Assembly (NCBI GenBank): GCA_002706065.1
Contig: PAJM01000017.1
Span: forward strand, 77,044 to 141,043
DNA from: Methanobacteriota archaeon
GTDB taxonomy: Archaea; Thermoplasmatota; Poseidoniia; Poseidoniales; Poseidoniaceae
DNA length: 64,000 bases
Reading direction: 5' to 3'
This document shows, in pieces, positions 18,423 to 28,677 of this stretch. A program made the translations under genes and the position numbers. How positions within the stretch are numbered: position 1 is the first letter of the stretch; each line of letters begins with the position of its first letter. The notes beneath the pieces are model-generated. The model saw only the letters and a program-made list of their open reading frames with translations, made no database searches and was not told the origin of the DNA.

Positions 18423-18992
18423 TTCCTCAAGTCGCACGTCGTTACGCTTACCATCTGTGTCGAGATGAATGATGTTTCTTTGGCCAGAATAAAGTCCCCA
18501 TATTTCGAAAGTCTCATTCTTGAAGACAGATTCTGAACGAGCTCGAAACGCTTCATTCGAACCAGAAACATCAGTTCCTGACTTAGAGATCAACAACAAT
18601 GTCGTTTCTGTACCTATCCGTTGTGCGAGGTCAAGCACTGCGGTTATGTGCTCCTTCTCAATTCGACCTGTCGGAGAACACCAATCGTCGAGAACAACCA
18701 ATCCAACTCGAGGTAAACTCTGTTCAGCTTCGACAATGGCATCGACGCATCGATCCATTGCACCAATGAGATTTAGAGCATGAAACCGACTTGATTCTAC
18801 GATGTTTAACGAAGAAAACAATTGAGAAAATCGTGTTGCATTTGGCATTTCAGGAGACGCCCACAACACACGACCTCCAGATTGGATTTGATCGACTGCA
18901 CAATGAAGCCCAAAAGTCGTCCCACCGCAACCACCTTGAACAGAAAGATGAATTCTTTTGCCAGTCAAATCCATCGACCAACGCTTCGCCAT
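18402..18992 (-). CDS. RecA/RadB-like P-loop protein with degenerate Walker A (start uncertain)
   Basis: IHLSVQGGCGGTTFGLH, RVLW, LVVLDD, LLLIS pattern of RadB/KaiC-like proteins. Confidence 0.6.
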   Translation of the reverse strand: MAKRWSMDLTGKRIHLSVQGGCGGTTFGLHCAVDQIQSGGRVLWASPEMPNATRFSQLFSSLNIVESSRFHALNLIGAMDRCVDAIVEAEQSLPRVGLVVLDDWCSPTGRIEKEHITAVLDLAQRIGTETTLLLISKSGTDVSGSNEAFRARSESVFKNETFEIWGLYSGQRNIIHLDTDGKRNDVRLEESGFIVV

Positions 18993-19067
18993 GTCCCGTG
19001 GTAGAAGTCTTATGATTTGATTTCGTTTGTGCACAATGCTCTTGACCTATCTCTCCGTGGTCATGTC

Positions 19068-19283
19068 ATGAGCGGAGAGGTGCGGAAAGGCGAACGAATC
19101 CCCCGACGTAAGGCTCCTCCATACGAAGAAGCTGACGGATTTGGACAAGCCGTCGCCCGTGATGGTTTCCTTGCAACCGCCATTAACGATACCAATCAAT
19201 ACGGACCTATCGGCATGATGATTCTACTCTTCATCGTCGCAACCATAACTGGTGCCGCCATCAAATTGCTTGAATCTCTTTGA
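19068..19283 (+). CDS. Small membrane protein
   Basis: 71 aa with a C-terminal TM helix (IGMMILLFIVATITG). Confidence 0.6.
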   Translation: MSGEVRKGERIPRRKAPPYEEADGFGQAVARDGFLATAINDTNQYGPIGMMILLFIVATITGAAIKLLESL

Positions 19284-19368
19284 TGGCATTCTCGATTTGC
19301 CATACAAATCGTGTTGGAAGTGATTCCATGAGCGATATCTTCAAACCAATTCCAGCAAAGTCTCGAGC

Positions 19369-19833
19369 ATGAGTGAAGGTTCCGTCAACGTTGAAAGCCG
19401 TACCTCATCACAAGACAAACGATGGACGATCATGGCAGCCTTGCTTGGGACAAATACAGCCATCATGTTGTTTCAAGGCATCGAACAAGAGGCGAACCCG
19501 ACACAGATTCGAGAAGTCGCCCTCACCATTATTGCTGCAACACTGCCATTTCAAGCGATTTACTTCCTCATTTACACGTTCCTTCTCGAGAACAATGGAA
19601 GCCTCAGTAGCCACATGGTAAAGAAATTGAAAACTGCATCCAATATCTGTCAATTGTTTGCGTATCTCTCTTTGGTGGGTGTTGCGATGTTGTGGTACAA
19701 TCTTTCAATTTACGTTGGAGTTGTCTTCCTTATGTCGACCGTTTTTGCAATGATTCTTGTTCGATATGCCATGACCACCGATGAGGAATCTCGGGATGAA
19801 ATGATGGCGAGTGGCCATGAGCAAGGTTCATGA
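19369..19833 (+). CDS. Hypothetical 4-TM membrane protein
   Basis: Four hydrophobic segments; TTCAAACC box at -29. Confidence 0.7.
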   Translation: MSEGSVNVESRTSSQDKRWTIMAALLGTNTAIMLFQGIEQEANPTQIREVALTIIAATLPFQAIYFLIYTFLLENNGSLSSHMVKKLKTASNICQLFAYLSLVGVAMLWYNLSIYVGVVFLMSTVFAMILVRYAMTTDEESRDEMMASGHEQGS

Positions 19834-19834
19834 A
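19827..19834 (+). promoter_or_regulatory. TATA-like box TTCATGAA starting 29 nt before the purB start
   Basis: Motif and spacing match the window-wide pattern; overlaps the upstream stop codon. Confidence 0.6.
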
Positions 19835-19855
19835 GCCTCTCTTTGACCGAATACT

Positions 19856-21214
19856 ATGGCGTTCTGCCCACTGGATTATCGCTACGGCTCTCAAGATTTC
19901 AAACACATATGGTCCGAATCAGGTCGTCACGAGCGCCAACTGGAAGTCGAACGCGCTCTGATTTGGGCACATTGGCAACTGGGGAGAGTATCCGAAGATG
20001 ACTACAAGGCAGTTGCTGCGATTTCCAATCCTGAATCCGTTCGCAAAGAGCGTGTTTCCGAAATTGAAGCAGAAACACGACATGACATCATGGCGTTGAC
20101 AAAGGCTATGGCTGAAGCTGCGGGAGATGCTGGTTGGTGCATTCATTTGGGTGCGACATCAAACGACATCGTTGATACCGCCGTAGCGCTACAACTTCGT
20201 GACAGCATTGTGATGTTGAGAGAACAACTGTGTTTGCTGATCGGCGTTTGTGCTGATGTCGCCGAACGTGAGCGAGATACGGTTATGCTCGGTCGAACCC
20301 ACGGTCAGGCAGCAGTTCCGATTACCTTCGGACTCAAAGCAGCCGTTTGGCTCGATGAATTGCGAAGACAACTCATTCGCTTGGACGAATGCACGCCCCG
20401 GATTGCCGTTGGAAAGTTCCTCGGAGCAGTTGGAACTGGTGCTGCACAAGGCCACAATGCCCGAGAATTGCAGCGACTGATTTTGACTCATCTTGGACTC
20501 GGCGTGCCACTCGCAACAACACAGGTTGTTGGTCGAGATCGCTATGTTGAATACGTCTCTTGGTTGGCAAACATTGCTACCAGTTGTGAAAAGATATTGC
20601 AAGAAATTCGCAACCTACAACGTTCAGAACTCGCAGAGGCGGGAGAAGGATTTGACGTGAAGAAACAAGTAGGATCTTCGACTATGGCTCACAAGAAAAA
20701 TCCAATCAAATCCGAAAACGCATCAGGTCTTGCGCGAATTGTAAGATCATTCATCATTCCTACCTATGAAAATGCTCTACTGTGGCATGAAAGGGACCTG
20801 GCCAATTCAAGCAGTGAACGATTCACGCTTTCTCATGGAAGTTCGTTGTGTGAGGATGTTATCTCGAAAACACGACAAGTGCTTACGAATATGTGGGTCG
20901 ATGCTGAGCGTTGTTTGGAGAACATACGTGCGCAGCGTGGCTTGGTAATGGCAGAGAAAGTCATGATCGATCTCGTTGACCGAGGGATTCCAAGAGACGA
21001 GGCTCATGAAATTCTTCGAGAAGCATCATTTGCAGCAGTTGCAAACAAAGAGGAACTGATCGATGTTTGCAGTCGAACGCCGGCCATTTCCGCCGCCTTC
21101 AGTGCTGAAGAATTGGAAGCGATGTTTGAACCGAGCAATCACATTGGCGTCTCTGGTGAATTGGTTGACGAGGCGGTTGCGCTTGCTCGTGCAGCGATTC
21201 AGTCCACAGAGTGA
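19856..21214 (+). CDS. purB: Adenylosuccinate lyase
   Basis: TRHDIMA, HLGATSNDI, GRTHGQAA, GSSTMAHKKNPI, WHERDLANSSSER. Confidence 0.96.
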   Translation: MAFCPLDYRYGSQDFKHIWSESGRHERQLEVERALIWAHWQLGRVSEDDYKAVAAISNPESVRKERVSEIEAETRHDIMALTKAMAEAAGDAGWCIHLGATSNDIVDTAVALQLRDSIVMLREQLCLLIGVCADVAERERDTVMLGRTHGQAAVPITFGLKAAVWLDELRRQLIRLDECTPRIAVGKFLGAVGTGAAQGHNARELQRLILTHLGLGVPLATTQVVGRDRYVEYVSWLANIATSCEKILQEIRNLQRSELAEAGEGFDVKKQVGSSTMAHKKNPIKSENASGLARIVRSFIIPTYENALLWHERDLANSSSERFTLSHGSSLCEDVISKTRQVLTNMWVDAERCLENIRAQRGLVMAEKVMIDLVDRGIPRDEAHEILREASFAAVANKEELIDVCSRTPAISAAFSAEELEAMFEPSNHIGVSGELVDEAVALARAAIQSTE

Positions 21215-21855
21215 ATCAGAAATACGCCTCTACTTGCAGAATACTGTTCACGACCGCTCACGTTTAGTGAACGATTCCATATTGGCCCACCCACTACGAA
21301 GGTTTCGTATTCTCCACCCTCTCCATCGACGTTGAATCTGTACCGTGTCGACAATTGTTCAAGTATGTCAAGTGAGGGTTTGGTGAGTACGCTTCCAAGC
21401 CATGTGTGGTCCAGACCTTCGCATGAAACAGACGTGATCATAATTTCAAATCCGGAGGCAATCATTCCACGGAGATGCTCGATCGGAGTCTGGTGCCAAA
21501 GCGGTGCAAAGGAATGCAAGTCAAGGCGATGACACATGCACTCCAATCGCTGTTTCTGAAAGTCTGATCGAAGTGCTCCGCTTACAATCGCATCGATGTT
21601 GAGTTTGGACAAAGCACCTTCGAGCGAGTGAATTTCATCATCAACTGTGCCCGATGCAGCGACATTTATCCATGGTACTTGTGCAAGTTCTGCTTGTTTC
21701 TTCACCCATTGAGTTGATGGAACTTGGAACATATGAGAATCTCCGTCCTCGATGTCCACGGTCACTACAGCGACAACGTCCCATCCTCGACACATCGCCC
21801 ACCACCATGCTGCAGAGGAGTCTTTTCCCCCCGAGCTCAGGACTGCGATTCGCAT
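21199..21855 (-). CDS. dph6: Diphthine--ammonia ligase
   Basis: SGGKDS PP-loop, SHMFQ, PLW, GEGGEYETFV. Confidence 0.9.
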   Translation of the reverse strand: MRIAVLSSGGKDSSAAWWWAMCRGWDVVAVVTVDIEDGDSHMFQVPSTQWVKKQAELAQVPWINVAASGTVDDEIHSLEGALSKLNIDAIVSGALRSDFQKQRLECMCHRLDLHSFAPLWHQTPIEHLRGMIASGFEIMITSVSCEGLDHTWLGSVLTKPSLDILEQLSTRYRFNVDGEGGEYETFVVGGPIWNRSLNVSGREQYSASRGVFLIHSVD

Positions 21856-21995
21856 AAACCACCCAAGAACTTCAACTTCATGAGATTAAGGGAAAACAAG
21901 CCAAGTGTTCAAATGGGTCCTTCAAGTGGAATGGTTAGGGTGGTGGTGCATCACCCTCATAAAGCGTCGAGGACGAGAAGGAATTGGTGAGATAA

Positions 21996-22718
21996 ATGCA
22001 ACCGAGTGGAAGAGGATACGATCATGGAATTACGACATTCAGCCCAGACGGACGATTGTTCCAAGTTGAATACGCTCGAGAGTCAGTCAAGCGTGGGACA
22101 ACCACTGCAGGATTGAAGTTCAAAGAAGGAGTTGTACTCGTTTGCGACAAGCGTATTGCATCTCGACTCATCATCCCTGAATCGATCGAAAAGATGTTCA
22201 AAATTGACGAGCATGTCGGTGTTGCAACGTCTGGATTGGTTGCTGATGCACGGCAACTCGTCGCACGAGCGCGGGTTGAATCGCAGATTAACAGAATCAC
22301 ATACGCTGACACAGTGCCTGTTGACGTTCTTGTCAAGAAAATCTGTGACTTCAAGCAATCCTTCACTCAGTACGGAGGATCCCGTCCATTTGGTACAGCT
22401 CTTCTTATTGGTGGCGTTGATGATGAAGGAATCCATCTGTACGAAACCGATCCATCAGGTGCTTACCAGTCCTACCATGCTGGAGCCATCGGAAGCAACC
22501 GCAATACTGTTATCGAATACTTCGAAAAGAATTGGAAGAAAGGCATGACCCTCAATGCTGCTATGAAAATGGGACTCGAAGCCCTTCGCTCTGCCAACGA
22601 CACCGAATTGAACCGTGACGCTGTCGAAGTTGTCGTCGTTGATGGCAACGGATACCGTATCCTTGACCGTGGAGAAGTCAACAAACAACTTGATCGTCTC
22701 AAGCCTCTTGAAGACTGA
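21996..22718 (+). CDS. psmA: Proteasome subunit alpha
   Basis: GYDHGITTFSPDGRLFQVEYA, SGLVADAR, RPFG, ETDPSG; SD GGTGA upstream. Confidence 0.97.
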   Translation: MQPSGRGYDHGITTFSPDGRLFQVEYARESVKRGTTTAGLKFKEGVVLVCDKRIASRLIIPESIEKMFKIDEHVGVATSGLVADARQLVARARVESQINRITYADTVPVDVLVKKICDFKQSFTQYGGSRPFGTALLIGGVDDEGIHLYETDPSGAYQSYHAGAIGSNRNTVIEYFEKNWKKGMTLNAAMKMGLEALRSANDTELNRDAVEVVVVDGNGYRILDRGEVNKQLDRLKPLED

Positions 22719-22755
22719 GAAGTCAGGTCATTGTTTGTACACTTGAGGTGACCAA

Positions 22756-23448
22756 ATGGTCAGTCTCGACAACGCCGTACTTGCACGTCTTGAAAAAGGT
22801 GGGAAACGCTACGAAGCCCTGGTTGATCCAGACCTCGTCGAACAATGGAAACAGGATTCATCCAACATCGAACTTGACGATTTTATGGCCATGGACGAAA
22901 TATTTCACGATGCAAGAGGTGGAGAACGCCCAACCGAAGACGCTCTCATGAATGCATTCCAAACGCTGGATGTTGAAGTGATTCTCAACATTATTTTAGA
23001 AAAAGGTTCCATTCAACTTACAACTGCACAACGCAAAGCGCGAGTCGAAAACATTCGACAGCAAATCATTCATCACATCCACAGCCAAGCCATTGACCCA
23101 AAGAGCAAGTCTCCGCACCCACGAACCCGAATCGAATTGGCACTTGAGGAATCAAAATACTCGGTCGATCCATTCAAACGTCTTGAAGTGCAAGTCAAAG
23201 ATGCAATTGCAAAGCTCAAGCCACTGATTCCGTTGAGTTTTGAGTCCGTGCGATTAGCATTCAGAATTCCAGGAAGTGCATACGGAAGCGTTAGCCAACT
23301 CTTACGGACATATCAACAGAAAGAAGGTTGGCTAGAAAACGGAGACTGGGCCTGTGTTATCGAAATTCCAGCTGGAATGAAAGGCGATATAATCGGCCAG
23401 GTTCTCAAGCGAGCCAACAACGCAGAAGTCAAGGAATTGTCCTCTTGA
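22756..23448 (+). CDS. Ribosome assembly factor SBDS
   Basis: MVSLDNAVLARL, G.IQLT..QR, PHP.TRIE.ALEE, DPFK; canonical position after psmA. Confidence 0.93.
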   Translation: MVSLDNAVLARLEKGGKRYEALVDPDLVEQWKQDSSNIELDDFMAMDEIFHDARGGERPTEDALMNAFQTLDVEVILNIILEKGSIQLTTAQRKARVENIRQQIIHHIHSQAIDPKSKSPHPRTRIELALEESKYSVDPFKRLEVQVKDAIAKLKPLIPLSFESVRLAFRIPGSAYGSVSQLLRTYQQKEGWLENGDWACVIEIPAGMKGDIIGQVLKRANNAEVKELSS

Positions 23449-23502
23449 CAAAAGGGTGCCCTTTATCATGGGATGTCGAGTGGGCGGTTTGGAGAGAAAA
23501 GT

Positions 23503-24189
23503 ATGTCCGAAGGTCAAGTTGGCGCCGAGCAGCGCCTCGTGACCCCGGGAATGGTCATTGGGCCATCGTCCGGGAAGCGAGCAGGGTCAGGTACGATCAC
23601 TGAAAATAATGAATTCATTGCCACCCGAGTTGGCTGGCTTAACGAACAGAACAATGTCGTTTCTGTGTCACCGATTAATAGTGCCTACATGCCACGTTCC
23701 GGCGACCTCATCATTGGTTTTGTTGCCGAAGTTCGAAACAATCTCTGGTTCTTTGATGTCAACGGACCATTCCAAGCACTCCTGCCAATGTCCTTGGCGC
23801 CATGGAAAGTTGAATTTGGTTCAACTCGCAAGCATCTTGGCATCGGAGATGCTGCACTTGCACGCATTCAAGAAGTCGATGAAACACACAACATGGTGCT
23901 AACCATGAAGGGTGTCGGTCTTCGTCGACTCAACGAAGGAACTGTTGTGTCAGTTCCTGTAAACTTAATCGATACATTGCGTGGTGAAAACAACGCCATG
24001 CTAAGCAGAATCCGAGATGCAACGGATTGCAGAATCATCGTTGCAGACAACGGACGAGTCTGGATTCATGGAGGAGCTGACGAAATGCGAATCGCACGAG
24101 ACCTGATTCAAACTCTCAACAAAGAGGGGCACAAAAATACATTCGAACATGCTGTACAAGCACTAGAAAACGAACGAGGTGAACAATAA
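23503..24189 (+). CDS. rrp4: Exosome complex RNA-binding protein Rrp4
   Basis: [17 protein letters not shown]1 domain, KH domain [11 protein letters not shown]. Confidence 0.9.
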   Translation: MSEGQVGAEQRLVTPGMVIGPSSGKRAGSGTITENNEFIATRVGWLNEQNNVVSVSPINSAYMPRSGDLIIGFVAEVRNNLWFFDVNGPFQALLPMSLAPWKVEFGSTRKHLGIGDAALARIQEVDETHNMVLTMKGVGLRRLNEGTVVSVPVNLIDTLRGENNAMLSRIRDATDCRIIVADNGRVWIHGGADEMRIARDLIQTLNKEGHKNTFEHAVQALENERGEQ

Positions 24190-24917
24190 TGGGTGGATAT
24201 GGAGACGTAAAACTACTACGAGATGACGGAAAACGACTTGATGGTCGAGCAATCGATGAGATGCGACCAGTAACAATTGAAGCAGGAATTTTGCCTGCAG
24301 CAGATGGTTCTGCAATGGTCACACATGGACTGAATGTCGCAGTTGCTGCGGTCTATGGCCCAATGGAAGCACATCCAAGAAAGATTCAACGACAGGACCG
24401 TGCCGTTATCGATGTTCGATACAATATGGCACCGTTCTCAACTGGTGATCGAATCCGTCCAGGATTCAACCGAAGAAGTCGTGAAATCTCCAAGGTTACC
24501 GCCGAGGCCCTCGAATCAGTTGTTCTCGTCGAGCGGTATCCTCGCTCGAAAATCCGAGTTGAAATTGAAATCTTAGCGGCAGAGGCTGGTACTCGATGTG
24601 CTGGAATTACCGCTGCATCTGTTGCTCTTGCTGACGCAGGAATTCCAATGCGAGACATGATTGTTGGAGTTGCTTCTGGAAAGATTGAGGATACAGTAGT
24701 TCTAGACTTGGATAAAGCAGAGGACAACTACGGTCAAGCAGACTTGCCGGTCGGTCTCCTTCCAAACACTGGTGAAATTGCATTCTTGCAAATGGATGGA
24801 GATTTATCGATCGATGAATACAACCTCGCCATGGAATACAACTTCAAAGCCGCAAGTGAAATTCATGAGGTCATGGTCGATGCTCTAAAGCGTCGATACG
24901 AAGGAGGTGAAGCCTGA
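24189..24917 (+). CDS. rrp41: Exosome complex exonuclease Rrp41
   Basis: RLDGR...[38 protein letters not shown]. Confidence 0.96.
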   Translation: MGGYGDVKLLRDDGKRLDGRAIDEMRPVTIEAGILPAADGSAMVTHGLNVAVAAVYGPMEAHPRKIQRQDRAVIDVRYNMAPFSTGDRIRPGFNRRSREISKVTAEALESVVLVERYPRSKIRVEIEILAAEAGTRCAGITAASVALADAGIPMRDMIVGVASGKIEDTVVLDLDKAEDNYGQADLPVGLLPNTGEIAFLQMDGDLSIDEYNLAMEYNFKAASEIHEVMVDALKRRYEGGEA

Positions 24918-25702
24918 TGGTTGAACTCGTTCCTTCCCTCCTTCGACAAGAACTCAATCGCTTAGCCGAAGATGGACAACGTATTGATGGTCGAGGACAG
25001 TTTGATGGTCGAGACGTTCACCTTGAGGTTGATTGCCTCTACAACGCAGAAGGATCTGCGAAGGTCGTCTGGGGCGATACCATCATCTACGCTGGTGTCA
25101 AGTTTGAAATTCGAACCCCCTGGCCAGACCGACCAACGCAAGGTTCACTCATGTGTGGTGCTGAACTACGACCAGTCGCTCACCGAAAATATGAGCCCGG
25201 ACCACCGTCACCTGATTCTATTGAACTCGGCCGTGTTGTTGATCGTGGCATTCGTGAATCCGGATGCATCGACATGGACAAACTCTGCATCGTCCCTGGT
25301 GAGAAGGTATGGGGTGTCATGATTGACATTCACGTTCTTTCCGATGGTGGCAACATCTTCGATGCTGCGGGTCTCGCAGCAATCGCAGCGCTTCGTACAG
25401 CAGTCGTACCAGCAGAACGATTCGACGTTGGAGAAGATTACACTCTGAATGTCAACGGAACACCAATCATGGCATCGTTCAAACGTGCTGGCGGACGGTT
25501 TGTTTACGACCCAAGTGAAGAAGAGGAACTTGGCGGCGACGAGCGAATTCACATCACTCTTGGTGACGAAGGACATCTCCATTCCCTACAGAAGGGCCTA
25601 AAAGGAGTCTTCACTCCGGACGAATTTGCCGAGATTCTTGCGGTCGCCGAACAGAAGTGCAGTGAACTAAGAAAAATGGTAGCAGAAAAGGAGGGGAACT
25701 GA
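24917..25702 (+). CDS. rrp42: Exosome complex protein Rrp42
   Basis: RIDGR, AEGSA, PGPP, ELGRVVDRGIRES, DGGNIFDA, DPSEEEE. Confidence 0.95.
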   Translation: MVELVPSLLRQELNRLAEDGQRIDGRGQFDGRDVHLEVDCLYNAEGSAKVVWGDTIIYAGVKFEIRTPWPDRPTQGSLMCGAELRPVAHRKYEPGPPSPDSIELGRVVDRGIRESGCIDMDKLCIVPGEKVWGVMIDIHVLSDGGNIFDAAGLAAIAALRTAVVPAERFDVGEDYTLNVNGTPIMASFKRAGGRFVYDPSEEEELGGDERIHITLGDEGHLHSLQKGLKGVFTPDEFAEILAVAEQKCSELRKMVAEKEGN

Positions 25703-26059
25703 TTGGCAAAGCGAACCCAGAAAGCAAAGGCAACAGCACGATTCGGAGCACGATACGGTGTTAGCGTTCGTCGAAATGCAGGCAGTGCTCTGGCCAAGAA
25801 GAATGCCAAATACATCTGTCCAGTATGCCACTACCGCAAGGTTGTTCGAAAATCCGTTGGAATTTGGAACTGCGCAAAATGTGACCACACCTTTGCAGGT
25901 GGCGCTTGGGAACCATTTACCCGAGCAAGCGATGCAAACTCCCGTATTCTCCGACGATCGGTGGAAGGTGCTACAACAGCAGACATGGCATTCATTGCCC
26001 AACAAGCTGCTCTTGACTTCGAGCGCAAGGCCGACGAAGACACTTCTGAAGAAGAGTGA
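25703..26059 (+). CDS. rpl37ae: 50S ribosomal protein L37Ae (eL43) with C-terminal extension
   Basis: ARFGARYG, CPVC...GIWNCAKC...FAGGAW; TTG start. Confidence 0.95.
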   Translation: MAKRTQKAKATARFGARYGVSVRRNAGSALAKKNAKYICPVCHYRKVVRKSVGIWNCAKCDHTFAGGAWEPFTRASDANSRILRRSVEGATTADMAFIAQQAALDFERKADEDTSEEE

Positions 26060-26064
26060 GAGCC

Positions 26065-26331
26065 ATGGCGGTGACGCCCTTCTCGCTTGTTTGCACCATC
26101 GAACGTGCGAATGTTGCTGATGCTCGAGCAATGCGAGACTCCCTTATGTCTGAAACCGATAGTTTCTCAATTGATGACAAGAGGTTTTCATTTCGACTTG
26201 ATGAGGCGAACGCTAAGGATTTGCGAGCCATGTGGAACACACGGATTCGTGGGTTGATTGCGGCAGATGAAATTCTACAGGCGATTCGAACCGCAGGTTC
26301 TTCAACCAAAGACAACTCGAACGACGTATGA
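26065..26331 (+). CDS. KEOPS complex Pcc1-like subunit
   Basis: About 88 aa with AKDLRAMWNT (Pcc1-like LRA..NS); conserved position between rpl37ae and prefoldin beta. Confidence 0.6.
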   Translation: MAVTPFSLVCTIERANVADARAMRDSLMSETDSFSIDDKRFSFRLDEANAKDLRAMWNTRIRGLIAADEILQAIRTAGSSTKDNSNDV

Positions 26332-26642
26332 GCACCGTTGAACAACTCCAGGTCGTTGTTTCAGAAGTCCAGAATGCACGACATCAAGTTGCAACTGTTC
26401 GAGCACAATTGCAAGAACTCGAAACAACCATCATCGCCGTAGAAAATCATCCAGAAGGGATGGCATTGCATCGACAACTCGGTGGAGTTTTGGTTGAAGT
26501 TGATAACAAGGGCGAATTAATAGAAGAACTCAAAACAACCCATACAACGCTTTCCGAACACGCTGAACGATTAGCAGAGCATGAAGCAAAACTTGTTGCA
26601 GCATACGAAGAACTCAAGAAATCGCTTGAGGGAGAGGTTTGA
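26328..26642 (+). CDS. pfdB: Prefoldin subunit beta
   Basis: Coiled coil - hairpin (LHRQLGGVLVEV) - coiled coil; superoperon context. Confidence 0.8.
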   Translation: MSTVEQLQVVVSEVQNARHQVATVRAQLQELETTIIAVENHPEGMALHRQLGGVLVEVDNKGELIEELKTTHTTLSEHAERLAEHEAKLVAAYEELKKSLEGEV

Positions 26643-27631
26643 GCGAGAATCGACAGGACATTACTGCGATGAAGCAATGGCTCGATGAAGCCATTGAACG
26701 TGGTGCAGTTCCTGTCCTTGCTGGTCAAAATGGGGACATGGATACGATTGGTTCAGCCATCGCTCTTGCTTCGATCCATCCATCATTGCTTGCATGTGGA
26801 CTCCACATCGGACGAGTTGCAAAAAGAATGGTTACGGAACTCAACGCACCCTTTCGCAAAATTGCAGCCACAGGGACCGTTTTTCCTGACCAACTTGGTG
26901 GTATTGTCATCGTCGATGCTGCTGCACCTGACCAAGTGGGTATCGACTTACCTAACGTTCCAAAATTGATTCTTGACCACCATGCAACAAACGGTTGGGA
27001 ACTTACTGAAGGAGATTGTATGCTGAAGTGGGATGTTCGTGCGACGACTGAAATGGTTGCAACATACATGTTTGAACACGCCAACGAGGCAATGACAGAT
27101 TCAGTCCGAAAGATGCTTTTGGCCGGAATGATCACCGATACAGGCTGTTACAAGCATGCGGATTCAAGTTCCTTTGAAATTACCACCCAACTGCTCAACG
27201 ATGCTGACATCGATTATGCTGAATTCTGTGAACACATCGAGCGAGAGGAAACATCACCTTCTGAACGTGGTAGTCTTTTGCGTGGATTAAGCAGAACAAA
27301 ACACCACGACGCCGGTGATTGGAGTCTTGTGACCACCTATGCTGGAACTCTTGAAGGTCGACTTGCGTCGTTGTTGCTTGGTACAGGATGCGATGTTTCC
27401 CTTGTCTCTCGACATCGTGAAGGTCAGACCCGATTAACCGCACGAGCGACACGAAAGGCAACCCAGCGAGGTGTTCATCTTGGTTCGATCATGCAAACGA
27501 TTGCCGAACAACATGGAGGTGATGGCGGCGGTCATGATGGAGCGGCAGGATGGACAGGAACTGTTGATCGAGTTCGAGCAGAATCCGCATTCATTGCACA
27601 GTTGACGTTGCAACAGAAGGTGAAACGATGA
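26639..27631 (+). CDS. DHH family phosphoesterase
   Basis: NGDMDTIGS, IVD, LDHH, GMITDTG, GGGHDGAAG (DHHA1). Confidence 0.88.
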   Translation: MSENRQDITAMKQWLDEAIERGAVPVLAGQNGDMDTIGSAIALASIHPSLLACGLHIGRVAKRMVTELNAPFRKIAATGTVFPDQLGGIVIVDAAAPDQVGIDLPNVPKLILDHHATNGWELTEGDCMLKWDVRATTEMVATYMFEHANEAMTDSVRKMLLAGMITDTGCYKHADSSSFEITTQLLNDADIDYAEFCEHIEREETSPSERGSLLRGLSRTKHHDAGDWSLVTTYAGTLEGRLASLLLGTGCDVSLVSRHREGQTRLTARATRKATQRGVHLGSIMQTIAEQHGGDGGGHDGAAGWTGTVDRVRAESAFIAQLTLQQKVKR

Positions 27632-28677
27632 GACCAAAGGCCCCTGGATTGTACATCTCAAAGTGGAGGGAGGACGGACCGGTTCCTCTTGAAGAAGCTC
27701 AACAATGGAGAGAGGAATTCGGCTGGAGCGATTGGATGGCCATTATCGAGGCAGCGTTGTACCTCGACGCAGCCGAACTCGTCGAACTTCTACGACCTGA
27801 ACTTACAGCAGCGCAACAAGCAACGTTTGATTTGGTTCGACGACGGATGCTTGGTGATCACCGTCTCGAAGATGCGATTGACAAAGCCTTGGACGTCTGT
27901 CGAGCACCTGAAACACGGGACCTAGCGTTGGAAGGAAGACTTCGGATGGAAAGAGGTCTTCAACGATTTGAAAAAGGCGATTCCGCTGGAGCGGAAGAAG
28001 ATTTAACTTGGGCAGAAACGCGATTAAAATCTGTTGCAAAGGCGAGTCGAGATCATGACCTTTCACTTTTGAACAAGGCTGCTTATCATATGGCTGTCGG
28101 TGAGGATTTAATGTCTCTCCAAGTCTATGGTGACATCTCTCGTCACGACAATCATGCACACGAAACAATTGCCATATCACGAATTGGTGCATCACGAATT
28201 CACGCACGTTATGGACGGATGTTCGATGCTGCGCGAAATGCATGGAACGGACACGCTCATGCGATTCTTGCAAACCAAGTGACAATGGCCATTGAAGCTG
28301 GAAGTCTATTCCTGGATCTATCGATTGGAGAACAGGATGAATCCGCCATACGATTTCAGAAACAAGTTGACGATTCGAAACCACGAGATGCTGGTGAAAG
28401 AGCACCTGAATTAAACATACATCCTGACGATGTATCCGGTGTCTTTGAATGGTGCATGAATCATCTGCACAATGAACCCACAGGACAAGACCGTCCTGAC
28501 TTACGAGCAATGGTCATGATGGCCCATCGCTTGGACCGAATTAACGAATTCGATTGGCTTCTCGAGAAGCCAGAGCTCGTTGAGGATTCGATGCTGGTGG
28601 CTGTCGTTCTTGGATGCTCTCTTACTGATCAGCAGAATGTAGCATGGACAGAACGAATGCAATCACTCATGCCTTAA
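27628..28677 (+). CDS. Hypothetical alpha-helical (TPR-like) protein
   Basis: 349-aa ORF overlapping the DHH stop (ATGA); Ala/Leu-rich helical pattern. Confidence 0.65.
   Translation: MRPKAPGLYISKWREDGPVPLEEAQQWREEFGWSDWMAIIEAALYLDAAELVELLRPELTAAQQATFDLVRRRMLGDHRLEDAIDKALDVCRAPETRDLALEGRLRMERGLQRFEKGDSAGAEEDLTWAETRLKSVAKASRDHDLSLLNKAAYHMAVGEDLMSLQVYGDISRHDNHAHETIAISRIGASRIHARYGRMFDAARNAWNGHAHAILANQVTMAIEAGSLFLDLSIGEQDESAIRFQKQVDDSKPRDAGERAPELNIHPDDVSGVFEWCMNHLHNEPTGQDRPDLRAMVMMAHRLDRINEFDWLLEKPELVEDSMLVAVVLGCSLTDQQNVAWTERMQSLMP

Noticed and set aside
27803..28510. 235-aa minus-strand ORF
   Set aside because: Nested antisense to the 349-aa operonic ORF, with implausible composition.
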